From the IMG/VR virus record IMGVR_UViG_3300021399_004731: a stretch of 64,000 bases of DNA. One strand, written 5' to 3'. The stretch comes from a virus (lineage: Duplodnaviria > Heunggongvirae > Uroviricota > Caudoviricetes). The translations under genes and the position numbers were made by a program. Under the pieces are notes generated by a model that made no database searches, was not told where the DNA came from, and worked only from the letters and a program-made list of their open reading frames with translations. Shown in pieces: positions 20,109 to 29,604 of the stretch. Positions within the stretch are counted from its first letter, which is position 1; each line of letters starts with the position of its first letter.

Positions 20109-20486
20109 TTAATGTTGATGTTTGACAATTTCTATGCGGGCAGGAGCAATTGCAAATCTATGATGCATGCTGATTTCCTTGAAGATGGCTTTTCTGAGGT
20201 CTGTCTCGATATCGAAGGCATCATAGGATGTTCTGGCGGCTATCACCGTCCTGATGACGGCTCCATTGCTTTTCAGCCTCACGCATGACACATCGAAGTC
20301 ATCCCTGTCCAGCACACGCTCATCGCTTTTCAGTCTTTCCTTGATGAAGCTCATGGCATAGTCGATGTCAGAATCATAGGATATGGTGATTTCAAAGTAG
20401 CTGGATTTCCTGGGGTCTATGAGATTCTCATTGATGATGGGATTTCTGATGATGTAGGAATTAGGGACAGCAATGTAGACGTTCTG
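20109..20486 (-). pseudogene. C-terminal half of an MscS-family mechanosensitive channel gene, truncated at the IS right end
   Basis: QNVYIAVPNSYIIRNPIIN...YFEITISYDSDIDYAMSFIKE...DLRKAIFKE...FAIAPARIEIV resembles the MscS beta and alpha/beta domains. No TM N-terminus; the frame begins at the IS TCAA end. Confidence 0.65.
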
Positions 20487-20700
20487 TTGACACTCCACAC
20501 GACTAAAGTCGTGGGATTCTTTATTCCACGCCTGGCATCTAGGCCCTTCCACGGCAGTCACGGCAACACCGTGCTCTGCCTCCAGGTCCCCGATGGAGCA
20601 GGCTCCCAAAGCTTTGATTATCCTGTTCGGGCGTGCCCCGCCCTACAGCTGTATTTCATGTATGTGCTAGGCTCCAAGCATGCTGAGCCCTTCATTCATT
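20467..20700 (-). ncRNA. Putative TnpB omega/reRNA (right-end scaffold plus ~16-20 nt flank-derived guide)
   Basis: Established TnpB biology places the RNA over the tnpB 3' end and right end; the guide would be CAGAACGTCTACATTGCTGT. Boundaries approximate. Confidence 0.55.
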
Positions 20701-21972
20701 ATGTTAATGGCGGCATTGAGGTCACGGTCCATCACGTTTCCGCATCCGCATCTCATGGTGCGCATGCTCAGGTCCTTCATCTCAGGATGGATGGCACCGC
20801 ACACGGAGCACGTCTGGCTTGACGGGAACCACCTGCTGACCTTGACGAGGCGTCCTCCACGTTCATCGAGCTTGTAGGCAAGCATGTTTAAAAGCATGCC
20901 GTACCCGTTGTCAAGCGTTGCCTTTCCGTTGCCGAACCTTTTATTGGACATGGCCTTCATGTCAAGGTCCTCCACGCACACGGTGTCATACTGATTGGCT
21001 ATCTCAGTTGACAGCTTGTGCAGGAAGTCCTTTCTCTGGCATGAGACCTTCTCGTACAGGGCGGCGACCTTTCTCTTCTGCTTCAGGAATGAGGCCGATG
21101 GCTTCTCGCCCTTGCGGAAGCCCTGCTTCTTCGAGAGCATCCTCTGCTGGTGCGCAAGCCTCCTCTCTGTCTTCCTGTAGTACTTAGGCGAGCCTGCCGT
21201 CACGCCGTCTGACGATACGAACAGCCCGTCCGACTTGTAGTCCAGCCCTACGGCCGTGCCTCTGTCAACGGGCGTCTCTGGTACTTCGGCTGTGACCTCG
21301 CATGCAACCGATGCAAAGACCTTGCCCGTCCTCGTGACGGAGACGGTCACGGATAGCTGCTGCCATGACGCAGGAACCTCCCTTGAGACCTTCGCCTTCA
21401 CGATTCCTATCTTTGGGAGCTTCACGCCGTTCTCAAGGAGGCCAGCACTGCCTCTATTGCAGGGCGTCGTGTAGGAGAGGCGAGACTTCTTCCTTGAGTG
21501 GAGCATGGGCCATCCGAAGTGCTTCGGATTGCTGAAGTGCATGTCGTAGGCCCTGCTCAGGTCACGCACTGTTCTCTGAAGGGCTGTTGAGTCGCTTTCA
21601 CCGAGCCATGGGAGCTTCTTCTTGAGCTCTGGCAGCATGGCACTCATTTCCATGAACGAAAGCACCCTGTGGCCTTCCCTGCAGTACGTGACCATGTAGT
21701 TGTGCACGAATCGGCAGCACCCTATGTTGCCCATGATGGCCGCCATCTGGCGGTCTGTGGGATAGAGCCTTACCTTGATGGCCCTGTTGAGTTTCTTCTG
21801 CATATGCTCCTCACCTCCTGTTCACATGTACATTATAGCACTATAGTGCAAGGTGCTCAAATTATAGGGCACTGAATTTAAAAAAATGCTCTGTGAACTA
21901 TACTTCACAGAGCTACGCCTCGTTCAGCCTTATATCCTCACTGCTAAAGCGGTGGGTTTTACGGTTGTCATT
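20487..21972 (-). mobile_element. IS200/IS605-family (IS1341-type, tnpB only) insertion sequence
   Basis: Right end GAATCCCACGACTTTAGTCGTGTGGAGTGTCAA ending TCAA at 20487. Left-end hairpin CCCACCGCTTTAGCAGTGAG at 21936-21957, preceded on the minus strand by TTAT at 21976-21973. No tnpA. Left boundary is inferred. Confidence 0.8.
20667..21803 (-). CDS. tnpB: RNA-guided endonuclease TnpB (IS605 OrfB)
   Basis: N-terminal AIKVRLYPT...GCCRFVHN. RuvC motifs GLD, VED and RDLNAA intact; Zn ribbon CSVC..CGC. Confidence 0.95.
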   Translation of the reverse strand: MQKKLNRAIKVRLYPTDRQMAAIMGNIGCCRFVHNYMVTYCREGHRVLSFMEMSAMLPELKKKLPWLGESDSTALQRTVRDLSRAYDMHFSNPKHFGWPMLHSRKKSRLSYTTPCNRGSAGLLENGVKLPKIGIVKAKVSREVPASWQQLSVTVSVTRTGKVFASVACEVTAEVPETPVDRGTAVGLDYKSDGLFVSSDGVTAGSPKYYRKTERRLAHQQRMLSKKQGFRKGEKPSASFLKQKRKVAALYEKVSCQRKDFLHKLSTEIANQYDTVCVEDLDMKAMSNKRFGNGKATLDNGYGMLLNMLAYKLDERGGRLVKVSRWFPSSQTCSVCGAIHPEMKDLSMRTMRCGCGNVMDRDLNAAINIMNEGLSMLGA

Positions 21973-22641
21973 ATAAGATTGTGTTATTTCTCTTGCATAA
22001 TAAGCAGGATTGACATAAGTAATCTTCATAGTTACAGTGCTTCCATAAGGAACTGGAAAAGTAGCATCGGTATTATGAGCAACTTCATTGCCATCAACAT
22101 AAGCTGTAAATATAACAAGTGTTGTATTTCCATAATATTCAATTCCTTTAGATGCATCATAGCCTCCCCAATAGTTGTATTTTTCGGTATTATCTTTTAA
22201 ATGAATTGTCTCATTGACATCAAAATTAGGATAAAAATAACGATAAACAACATTGTTGGATTTTGTCACTTTAGCAGACGTATCTTTTATATAATAATAC
22301 CATTGGATTTCACCATTTTGTGCCGTATTTCCACCAATATCGCTACCGTGTGCATATTCCCCTATTCTCTTATTGACAGTCTTTGAACCAAGCTTAGCTC
22401 TCCTGTTGCCATACTTGTCTATTACCCAGTCTTCATAGGTCACTGGTGCCATGAACCTGTCTTTTGTGTCAATATCTTTGCTTTTCTTCTCTACAGCATT
22501 GACGCCTTTCCATGCTTCACTGTTTGTGCTGGTACTCTTGCTGCCATTGTTTTTCAGCAGGTAAGCCGTCGCCATGAAGACCAGTGCAACCACCAGCATA
22601 GCAATCAGCACCTCAAGAGCATGCTTTAAACTAAAATCCAT
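21913..22641 (-). CDS. N-terminally anchored surface protein, probably truncated by the IS; shares a domain with the 3083-aa protein
   Basis: GGAGGTG RBS before ATG 22641; TM LEVLIAMLVVALVFMATAYLL. VTYEDW..D..GNR..KLGS.T motif. The last ~20 codons are IS left-end sequence. Confidence 0.7.
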   Translation of the reverse strand: MDFSLKHALEVLIAMLVVALVFMATAYLLKNNGSKSTSTNSEAWKGVNAVEKKSKDIDTKDRFMAPVTYEDWVIDKYGNRRAKLGSKTVNKRIGEYAHGSDIGGNTAQNGEIQWYYYIKDTSAKVTKSNNVVYRYFYPNFDVNETIHLKDNTEKYNYWGGYDASKGIEYYGNTTLVIFTAYVDGNEVAHNTDATFPVPYGSTVTMKITYVNPAYYAREITQSYNDNRKTHRFSSEDIRLNEA

Positions 22642-22995
22642 ATAATCACCTCCACACTTCCGTGTGATATTATTGCAAATGACATAAAAAGGATATTTAA
22701 TCATAAATAAAAGCAGAATGAGACGAGTGGCAGAATATCATAATTAGACATGATAGAGACGCATTAAAAAACAGTCATCAGGACATACAGAAAGGCATAA
22801 AAACGGCTCCAGCATCCCATATCACGCTCATTTAGGCATACAATGCAGTCACAGGTACAGAATAAATATCAGACCGCCATGACATAATACTACAGAAATG
22901 TAGTATACACAAACAGGCATAAATTAACACAAATCAGCATAAGAAAAGAGGATGCCATTACGACATCCTCAGGAATTCTGTTTTCTAATCTGTTT

Positions 22996-25900
22996 CTAAT
23001 TTTCCTTTTTCTTCATTTTAGCAGTTGCAAATGCAGCACCAGCTGAAGCAATCAATGCCATCATCCATCCTGCCATTTCTGTAGGGTCGGATGTTTCAGG
23101 TTTCTTCTCAGATGTGTTTTTAGCACTAGCACTCTTGCTTGCTTGAGCGTTCTGACCTGCCTGAACAGTCTGACTGCCTGCTTTATTGTCAGCGTCACCG
23201 TTGACTACCTGTACAGGTGCATCAGTATAGGATACCATGAAGGCTGAGTATTTGTTGTTTGTGAAGACGATATGTCCTTTGTCATATGTGAATGGCAATT
23301 CTTCAATGTCGCCATCATGGAGACGGCTGACATGATACTGTCTGCCTTTGACATCCTGCACATCAAATGAGTAAGTGACGGATGCTGGCACCTCCTTGAC
23401 AGGAGTCACTGTGCCATCGTTATCAATAGCTACACCTAAGTCAAAGAAGTCAACAGGAGTGAAGCCTTTTACTGATGCATAAGCCTTGAGCTTAATAATA
23501 GAATCAGCATCTGCATCCTTGTCATAGACGTGTGTGAACTTTGTATTCTTGCCGTCCTTGAGTCCTTTATAGAAGTCCTGCTTATTAAGTAATGCTTCAA
23601 CAGCTTCCTTGAATCCTTTTACAGTCAGGTCTACATTCTGGTCATCAATGACAGCAGAGTCAGTTGTCTCTTCTTCTGTTTCGATTGTGCTTGCTAATGC
23701 ATCCAATGCCTTGTTGAAGGCTTCCTGAGCATTAGCTTCGTTATCCTTAGCTTTTGTAAGAGCCTTTTCTGCATCTTCATAGTCTGCCTGGGCTTTTTCT
23801 GCTTCTTTCTGTGTCTGAGCTTCAGCATTAACTGCTTCAGCTAAGTCCTTGTATGCTGATGGCTTGCCACCCTTGGCATTCTTATAGTCCTGCTGAGCCT
23901 GAGTGTAAACAGCTTTGGCATTGTCAGCATTTGTCTTTGCAGTTTCCATTTTTGCCTTTTTATCTGCTGTTGCCTTTTCAGCATCGCTTAAGGCCTGTTC
24001 AGCTTTTTTGACATCTGCTTGCTTCTTGCTAAGGTTATCCTTGGCACTTGCAATAGCGTTCTTGTAGCCATTTAATGTAGCAATCTGATGAACTGCAGCA
24101 GTAGCATCTTTAGATGCCTTATCATAAACAGCCTTCTTGTCTGCTTCATGAGTCTTGGCTTCATTAAGCTTATCTGTAGCTTCTTTGAACTTCTTGTCGG
24201 CATCATGCTGAGCTTTAAGGGCATCAGCTAAAGCTTTGTCAGCGTTTGCCTTATCGGTGTTAGCCTTAGCAAGTGCATTCTTAGCATCTGCAAATTCCTT
24301 TTCTGCCTGTGCCTTGTTCGTATTGAAGTTGTTCAACGCGGCCTTCTTGCTATTCAATGCATTCTGAGCATTAGTGACATTGACTTGAGCATTATCAAGA
24401 GCAGTCTTGGCAGTATTGACAGCATTGTCAGCGGCTGTCTTGGTTTCCTGTGCCTGCTTGACCGCATTCTTAGCCGTATTGACATCATCATGCTTGCTTG
24501 TAACGGCACTCTGATTGTCTGTTACGCTCTTTTGTGCCTGAGTGACATCATCATTTGCCTGATTGAATGCTGTCTGTGCATTTGTTACAGCTGTTTCTGC
24601 ATTCTTGACAGTCTGATTGGCGGCATCAAGCTTAGTCTTTGCATCTGCAACATCCTTGTCTGATACGTTCGTGAGCTTTGACTTCATGTCATTGAGCTTA
24701 GCAAGTTCCTGTTTATAGATTTCTGGAGCATTCTTGAGGCTATCAATATAAGACTGCAATTGCTGTTTGTATTCAGCAATGGTCATTGTTGCTAAATCTA
24801 CTGTGCCAAGCATGTCTGAAGCACTGTCACTAAATGCCTGTTCCCAACGAGGATATAAGCCTAAACCTTCTGGAGATAATGACATAGCAACTTGCTTTCC
24901 TTTTGGGTTGACAATGTTAAGATAATGACCTGTTTTGAAAGATTCTTTCGTATATTTCTTTTGAAAATCAATAAGATTGTTTTTGTAATATTCCTTGGTA
25001 TTTGTATCATCAGCATCAAGTTTAAAGTTATCAAATTCTTCTTTTTCGCTGTAGAATAAATCAATAGCATCTGAAGATGTTGTAGGACCCCAGGCAAGGT
25101 TTTCTGATGAAGAATAGACATTATACACTGGATGACCGTTGATAATAAAAGCAACATCAGACTTAACCATGCTTTCTGCAATTAAGGCATAGTTTGTGTC
25201 AAGCGCAGGTAATCCATTCTGTTTTCTTAACTCATTGGTGCGTTCAAGACCAGCAATGGATGCCATCGCATTGTCAAGATTCTGTGCTGTATTTATTTTA
25301 TCGTATTGTGCCAGATGCTCTGTAATCTCCTTGCCTTCAATCTGTGTCGTTGTCTCAAAATTGCCATGTTCATCAGAATGAGCCTCATACAAGCCAGTCT
25401 TTTCATTGAGAGTGAATTTGATTGTGCCAACCTTGCCAGTCAGCATCTCAAGAGCCTTGTCGATGGTTGTCTTTGTTTTTTCATCAGTAGTCTTGAGTTT
25501 CATTTCCTCAAGGAATCCCTTGAATCCTTTTTCATACTGAGCCTGGGCATTATCAGCTTTAGCTTTAGCTGCATCAACAATCTTCTGCTGTGCATTAATC
25601 TGAGCCTGAGCCTGTTCATAAGCCTTGGCAGCATCAGTGTTTGCTTTTACAGCATCATCATAAGCTTTCTGAGCTGTTGTCTGTGCAGTTTCAGCAGCTT
25701 TCTTATCTGCATTGGCTTTGTCTAAAGCAGCCTGTGCATCAGTCTTTGCCTTGTTTGCATTATCTAAGTTGGTTTGAGCGGTCTTTAGCTGATTTAGAGC
25801 TGTTGTGAGGGCCTGATTGGCAGTATCAAGTGCAGAATTGGCATTTGCTAGAGTTTTGTTAGCATCCTTCTGGATATTCTGCTTAGCTGTTAAGTCTGCT

Positions 25901-26754
25901 TCGGCTTTTGTCTGTGTATCCTGAGCTTTGCTTAAGTCAGCCTGTGCTTGCTTGATGGCTTCATTCAATGCATCTTCAGACTTGAATTCGTCAGCTTTCT
26001 TCTGAGCTTCTGTTACCTTGGCTGTTGCTTCATCAACGGCTTTCTGTGCTTTTGTGACTTCATTATTAGCTGCTGTGGCTTTAGCCTTGGCATTGTCTGT
26101 GTCAGTCTTGGCGGTATCTGCTGCTGACTGAGCTTTTGTCACCGCATCCTGAGCATTCTTGTAGTCTGTCTGTGCTTTTGCCAGTGCATCGTCTGCATTC
26201 TTCTTGGCATCTGCTGCTTCCTTGACTTTTGCATCTGTCACTTCATCTGCGTGCTGATTAGCCTTGTCAAGGGCAGTCTTGGCGTTGTTCAATGCATTCT
26301 TGGCTTCATTATTATTCTTTTCTGCTTCTGCTTTAGCACCGTTAGCATCATTCAGAGCATTGACTGCTGTATCAAATGCCTGTTGTGCCTGTGTGGCTGC
26401 TTCTTTCTTGGCATTCACGTCATTGAGTGCTTTTTCGTCAGCAACAGCTGTCTTTCTCATGGCGTCTGTATACTTTTCTGCTGCCTCATGGGCTGTCTTG
26501 TCAGCTTCGCTGACTGTTTTTTCTTCCGCCTTTACCTGAGATGATGCTTTATTAAGTTGTGATTCAGCATCTGTGGCATCAGCAAATGCCTGTTGCTGTG
26601 CTGCATTCTGGGTTGCTGTTTCATGCTTGATAGATGCTGTATTATCTGCATCTGTTTCAGTATGATTTTCAGCATGAATGGATGTAGCCGCACCGCCTGT
26701 CATGGCCATGCCGACTGCTAATCCTGTGATAATTTGTGATTTGATGTTCTTCAC
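22996..26754 (-). CDS. Sortase-anchored coiled-coil surface protein with a CAP/SCP-like domain (PgrA/SEC10 surface-exclusion-like architecture)
   Basis: Signal peptide; long Ala/Lys coiled coils; TNELRKQNGLPAL...SSENLAWG...GHYLNI CAP motifs; C-terminal PETSD + hydrophobic + KMKKKEN. Confidence 0.75.
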   Translation of the reverse strand: MKNIKSQIITGLAVGMAMTGGAATSIHAENHTETDADNTASIKHETATQNAAQQQAFADATDAESQLNKASSQVKAEEKTVSEADKTAHEAAEKYTDAMRKTAVADEKALNDVNAKKEAATQAQQAFDTAVNALNDANGAKAEAEKNNNEAKNALNNAKTALDKANQHADEVTDAKVKEAADAKKNADDALAKAQTDYKNAQDAVTKAQSAADTAKTDTDNAKAKATAANNEVTKAQKAVDEATAKVTEAQKKADEFKSEDALNEAIKQAQADLSKAQDTQTKAEADLTAKQNIQKDANKTLANANSALDTANQALTTALNQLKTAQTNLDNANKAKTDAQAALDKANADKKAAETAQTTAQKAYDDAVKANTDAAKAYEQAQAQINAQQKIVDAAKAKADNAQAQYEKGFKGFLEEMKLKTTDEKTKTTIDKALEMLTGKVGTIKFTLNEKTGLYEAHSDEHGNFETTTQIEGKEITEHLAQYDKINTAQNLDNAMASIAGLERTNELRKQNGLPALDTNYALIAESMVKSDVAFIINGHPVYNVYSSSENLAWGPTTSSDAIDLFYSEKEEFDNFKLDADDTNTKEYYKNNLIDFQKKYTKESFKTGHYLNIVNPKGKQVAMSLSPEGLGLYPRWEQAFSDSASDMLGTVDLATMTIAEYKQQLQSYIDSLKNAPEIYKQELAKLNDMKSKLTNVSDKDVADAKTKLDAANQTVKNAETAVTNAQTAFNQANDDVTQAQKSVTDNQSAVTSKHDDVNTAKNAVKQAQETKTAADNAVNTAKTALDNAQVNVTNAQNALNSKKAALNNFNTNKAQAEKEFADAKNALAKANTDKANADKALADALKAQHDADKKFKEATDKLNEAKTHEADKKAVYDKASKDATAAVHQIATLNGYKNAIASAKDNLSKKQADVKKAEQALSDAEKATADKKAKMETAKTNADNAKAVYTQAQQDYKNAKGGKPSAYKDLAEAVNAEAQTQKEAEKAQADYEDAEKALTKAKDNEANAQEAFNKALDALASTIETEEETTDSAVIDDQNVDLTVKGFKEAVEALLNKQDFYKGLKDGKNTKFTHVYDKDADADSIIKLKAYASVKGFTPVDFFDLGVAIDNDGTVTPVKEVPASVTYSFDVQDVKGRQYHVSRLHDGDIEELPFTYDKGHIVFTNNKYSAFMVSYTDAPVQVVNGDADNKAGSQTVQAGQNAQASKSASAKNTSEKKPETSDPTEMAGWMMALIASAGAAFATAKMKKKEN

Positions 26755-26952
26755 GTTTTCTTACCTCTCTGTTAATTTTCTTGCTATGTGCAGTTTTTTT
26801 ATCTCTGTTACATACGTATAATACACCATTATGTCAATGGTAGCAAATTATTGGAAGATGAATTTATCTTTTTTTATTATTTTTTACAATACAAAAAATG
26901 GCAGCACATCAGACTGTCTGCGTGTTGCCTTTTCTTTCTGCTTTTTCGCTTT

Positions 26953-28056
26953 TTAGGCTACAGCAATCTTCATTGTGCTTCGTGCTAGCTGTCCGTTGAC
27001 CATGCCAGTCATGGTGATGGTTGTCACGCCAGCCTTTCTGGCAGTCACGTTGCCATTGCTGTCCACTGTTGCTACGCCGTCATCAGATGAGGTGAACTGC
27101 ACGTCCGTATAGGCATTGCCATGCTTGAGCATGTCTGCTACGCTCTTGCTCTGCCCAGTCCTGATGGCATCATCAGCTCCTGCATTGGCCTTTGCATTCT
27201 CCAATGCCTGTGCCTCTGCTTCAGCTTTTGCTTTCGCATCCGCCTCAGCCTTTGCCTTAGCTTGTGCCTCAGCTTCCTGCATAGCCTTGCGTGTTGCCTC
27301 AGCCTGTTTCATAGCTTCTTCCTGAGCTTTCTTGGCAGCCTCAGCCTGTGCCTGAGCGGCCTTTGCTTTTTCTTCCTCTTCCTTAGCTTTTGCCTGAGCT
27401 TCAGCAATAGCCTTCTGCTTAGCTTCTTCTTCCTGCTGTTTCTTTGCAGCATCTTCCTGAGCCTTCTTCTCTAGGCTGGCATCTGGAAAGAGTGAGCCAT
27501 CAATGGTCTCGTTGCCGTCATTCTCATAGTCATCTGCCAGTTGCCCTTTCATTTTCTTCTTGTCCTTCTTTTCTGATGTCTTGGAGCCTTTATCCTCACT
27601 TGCCAGTTTCTTTTCCAGCATGTAGGATTCCAGCTGTGACTGATGACCTAGCATGAAGGAGATGCCGTATCCAGCTCCTCCTATAAGAGCTGCAATAATC
27701 AGTCCGATGCCGATATTTCTGCCATATCTTGAGAAGAAGAGTCTTGCATTCATGGCAGCATCCTGTCCAGCACTTACTGGAGCACCGTGGCGAGGATGAT
27801 ATTCATCTTCGTCATCATCATCTTCGTCTTCTGCTTCGTCTGCTTTGTCTGCTTCGTATTCAGCTTCGGCATCATCTGCTGTATCTTCTACTTCGTATTC
27901 GTCAGTTTCAGCCTCTTCTGTTCCTGATTCTGCCTCTTCCATATCTGTATCTGCATCCATTTCTTCATCGTCATCATCGACAATGACATATTCTGCTGAT
28001 TCTGAGTCTGATTTTGAGTATTCTGTTTCTTGATAATCGTCTTTTCTCTTTTTCAA
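26953..28056 (-). CDS. Membrane protein: acidic N-terminus, one TM, Ala/Lys/Glu coiled coil, C-terminal Ig-like (Big_2) domain
   Basis: Probable TTG start at 28056 after AGGAGG. TM IGIGLIIAALIGGAGYGI; FTSSDDGVATVDSNGNVTARKAGVTTIT. Confidence 0.75.
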   Translation of the reverse strand: MKKRKDDYQETEYSKSDSESAEYVIVDDDDEEMDADTDMEEAESGTEEAETDEYEVEDTADDAEAEYEADKADEAEDEDDDDEDEYHPRHGAPVSAGQDAAMNARLFFSRYGRNIGIGLIIAALIGGAGYGISFMLGHQSQLESYMLEKKLASEDKGSKTSEKKDKKKMKGQLADDYENDGNETIDGSLFPDASLEKKAQEDAAKKQQEEEAKQKAIAEAQAKAKEEEEKAKAAQAQAEAAKKAQEEAMKQAEATRKAMQEAEAQAKAKAEADAKAKAEAEAQALENAKANAGADDAIRTGQSKSVADMLKHGNAYTDVQFTSSDDGVATVDSNGNVTARKAGVTTITMTGMVNGQLARSTMKIAVA

Positions 28057-28078
28057 AATGTTTCCCTCCTGAGTAATG

Positions 28079-28354
28079 CTAGATGAGTGCGGCTGACATG
28101 GCAATCAGTCCGAATGGATTGGATGGCAGCTGTCCTTTAGCAACGTAATAGAAATAGAACAGGAATGCCGCCAGTGCAATCAGCAGAATAGAGAAGACGA
28201 CCTGAGAAATAGCATAGTCGTTCTCCCTTCCTGTTGAAGAGTTCAGGGCTGTAAGTCCTCTGGAAAAGGCATACACACCAACTATGAATAAAAAGATAAT
28301 AAAGATGAGCAATGGCCATCCATCCAGGCCAACGCCCTTAAATCCAACTCCCAT
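28079..28354 (-). CDS. Small two-TM membrane protein
   Basis: 91 aa, two hydrophobic helices, AGGAGG RBS. Confidence 0.7.
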   Translation of the reverse strand: MGVGFKGVGLDGWPLLIFIIFLFIVGVYAFSRGLTALNSSTGRENDYAISQVVFSILLIALAAFLFYFYYVAKGQLPSNPFGLIAMSAALI

Positions 28355-28373
28355 ATAGAGTACCTCCTGTGCG

Positions 28374-28880
28374 TCAATTACTCTGACTCAGCGTTTCACG
28401 CAGATAGTCATGGATGACGATATCGACATCCTTGAGACGCTTTCTTTCCTTTTTGTCAATTTCAAAGAAGCTGATGTAGCCAGCAATGCGTCCGTTTTCC
28501 GTGTAGATGATGCATTGGTTGATGAACCGCCTGTCCTTGAGCTTGTCACTGATGCCTTCTACGTTATAGTAGATATCGCTCTGAATCAGCTTTGGTTCCT
28601 TGCCATAGCAGTCATCCCACGTTCGGCATTCCTTGAATATCTCCATGAATGGCGACAGGTCTACAGTCTTTTCCAGCTCTTCGATTGTGTCAATCCAGTC
28701 CATGTCAGACGTCCTGTCAAGAAAGTCCTTCTGGATTTCATAGAATTTCCTGCGTATGTAGAAAGTCCCGAATCTTTCAGGGACGGAATCACATCGCAGA
28801 AACACTTCTGCTATATACAAATCAGCGTCCTCCATTTTTCTTGTTGTTATATTTCTGCATGCGTTCCATGCATAATTCAT
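28374..28880 (-). CDS. Hypothetical protein
   Basis: 168-aa ORF in operon orientation with the downstream genes. Confidence 0.6.
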   Translation of the reverse strand: MNYAWNACRNITTRKMEDADLYIAEVFLRCDSVPERFGTFYIRRKFYEIQKDFLDRTSDMDWIDTIEELEKTVDLSPFMEIFKECRTWDDCYGKEPKLIQSDIYYNVEGISDKLKDRRFINQCIIYTENGRIAGYISFFEIDKKERKRLKDVDIVIHDYLRETLSQSN

Positions 28881-29031
28881 ATTATATCACAAAAATGCAC
28901 AAAAGGCGAATGATGGGAGGGTCAATTTTAAAAAATGATATGATTAATTATAGGTGTATTTTTTTAGGTGTGATTTCTGACGGCTTTTACTCGGCTGTCT
29001 GATTTAGTGAATTGCACAGAAAGGAGAAACT

Positions 29032-29187
29032 ATGAAAAATACAATTAAGGGCGGATATGACGCTTACCGTCACGTGCCTAATCCAGAGCATGTGGCAAAC
29101 TTCCTTCAAGGCAGCCGAAAGGTAAAGCCTAAAAAAGGAAAAGGCTCTTATTCACGTAAGAGCAAGCATAGAGGAAATGACTATTAA
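29032..29187 (+). CDS. arfA: ArfA-like alternative ribosome-rescue factor (51 aa)
   Basis: Not in ORF track. GAAAGGAG RBS; MKNTIKGGYDAYRHVPNPEHVANFLQGSRKVKPKKGKGSYSRKSKHRGNDY. KKGKGSYxRKxKH at residues 34-46 matches the ArfA signature. Promoter-like motif 28939-28952; terminator at about 29192-29216. Confidence 0.65.
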   Translation: MKNTIKGGYDAYRHVPNPEHVANFLQGSRKVKPKKGKGSYSRKSKHRGNDY

Positions 29188-29254
29188 AATAGGCATTCTT
29201 CTCTATGCCTTTTTTGTGCATTTTTTTAAAATAGATATGATTAAATATAGACGT

Positions 29255-29575
29255 TATTTAAGATTCCATATGAGAGCTTTTCCCAGAGGCAGTTACATGC
29301 CCCTGATGTAAGCTGAATTTATCCATATGGGTGAGATATATTTTATCTCACAGAAAGGAGAATTATTGTCAATCTTAATATGACGAACCAGATGATATGA
29401 TGACAGGAATGCTAGCTGTCTAGACGCTTGCAGATGTCATGCTGGGATATTGTTTATAATAGGATGCAGGTGTTCAGGTTACCCTATTCTCCGACCTGAA
29501 TGCTGAGCATTGTGCATATGTTGAATGCACGACTCCAACACCGTATCATGTGTTGGAGATTTTTTTGCAAAAATT
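29255..29575 (+). ncRNA. Candidate structured RNA (or decayed gene) bounded by the promoter motif and a terminator
   Basis: Motif 29236-29249; stems CCATATG/CATATGG, GTGAGAT/ATCTCAC, TTCAGGT/ACCTGAA; terminator CTCCAACAC/GTGTTGGAG + T7. No ORF longer than about 10 codons after the GAAAGGAG at 29353. Confidence 0.35.
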
Positions 29576-29604
29576 TCAAAAAAATATGATTAAATAATAT
29601 ATGT

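Noticed and set aside
26807-26838. dif/pdif-like site CATACGTATAA-TACACC-ATTATGTCAAT
   Set aside because: The right arm is out of register by one base for XerD. On the minus strand it reads TTGACA-17-TATGTA upstream of the LPXTG gene, so a promoter explains it equally well.
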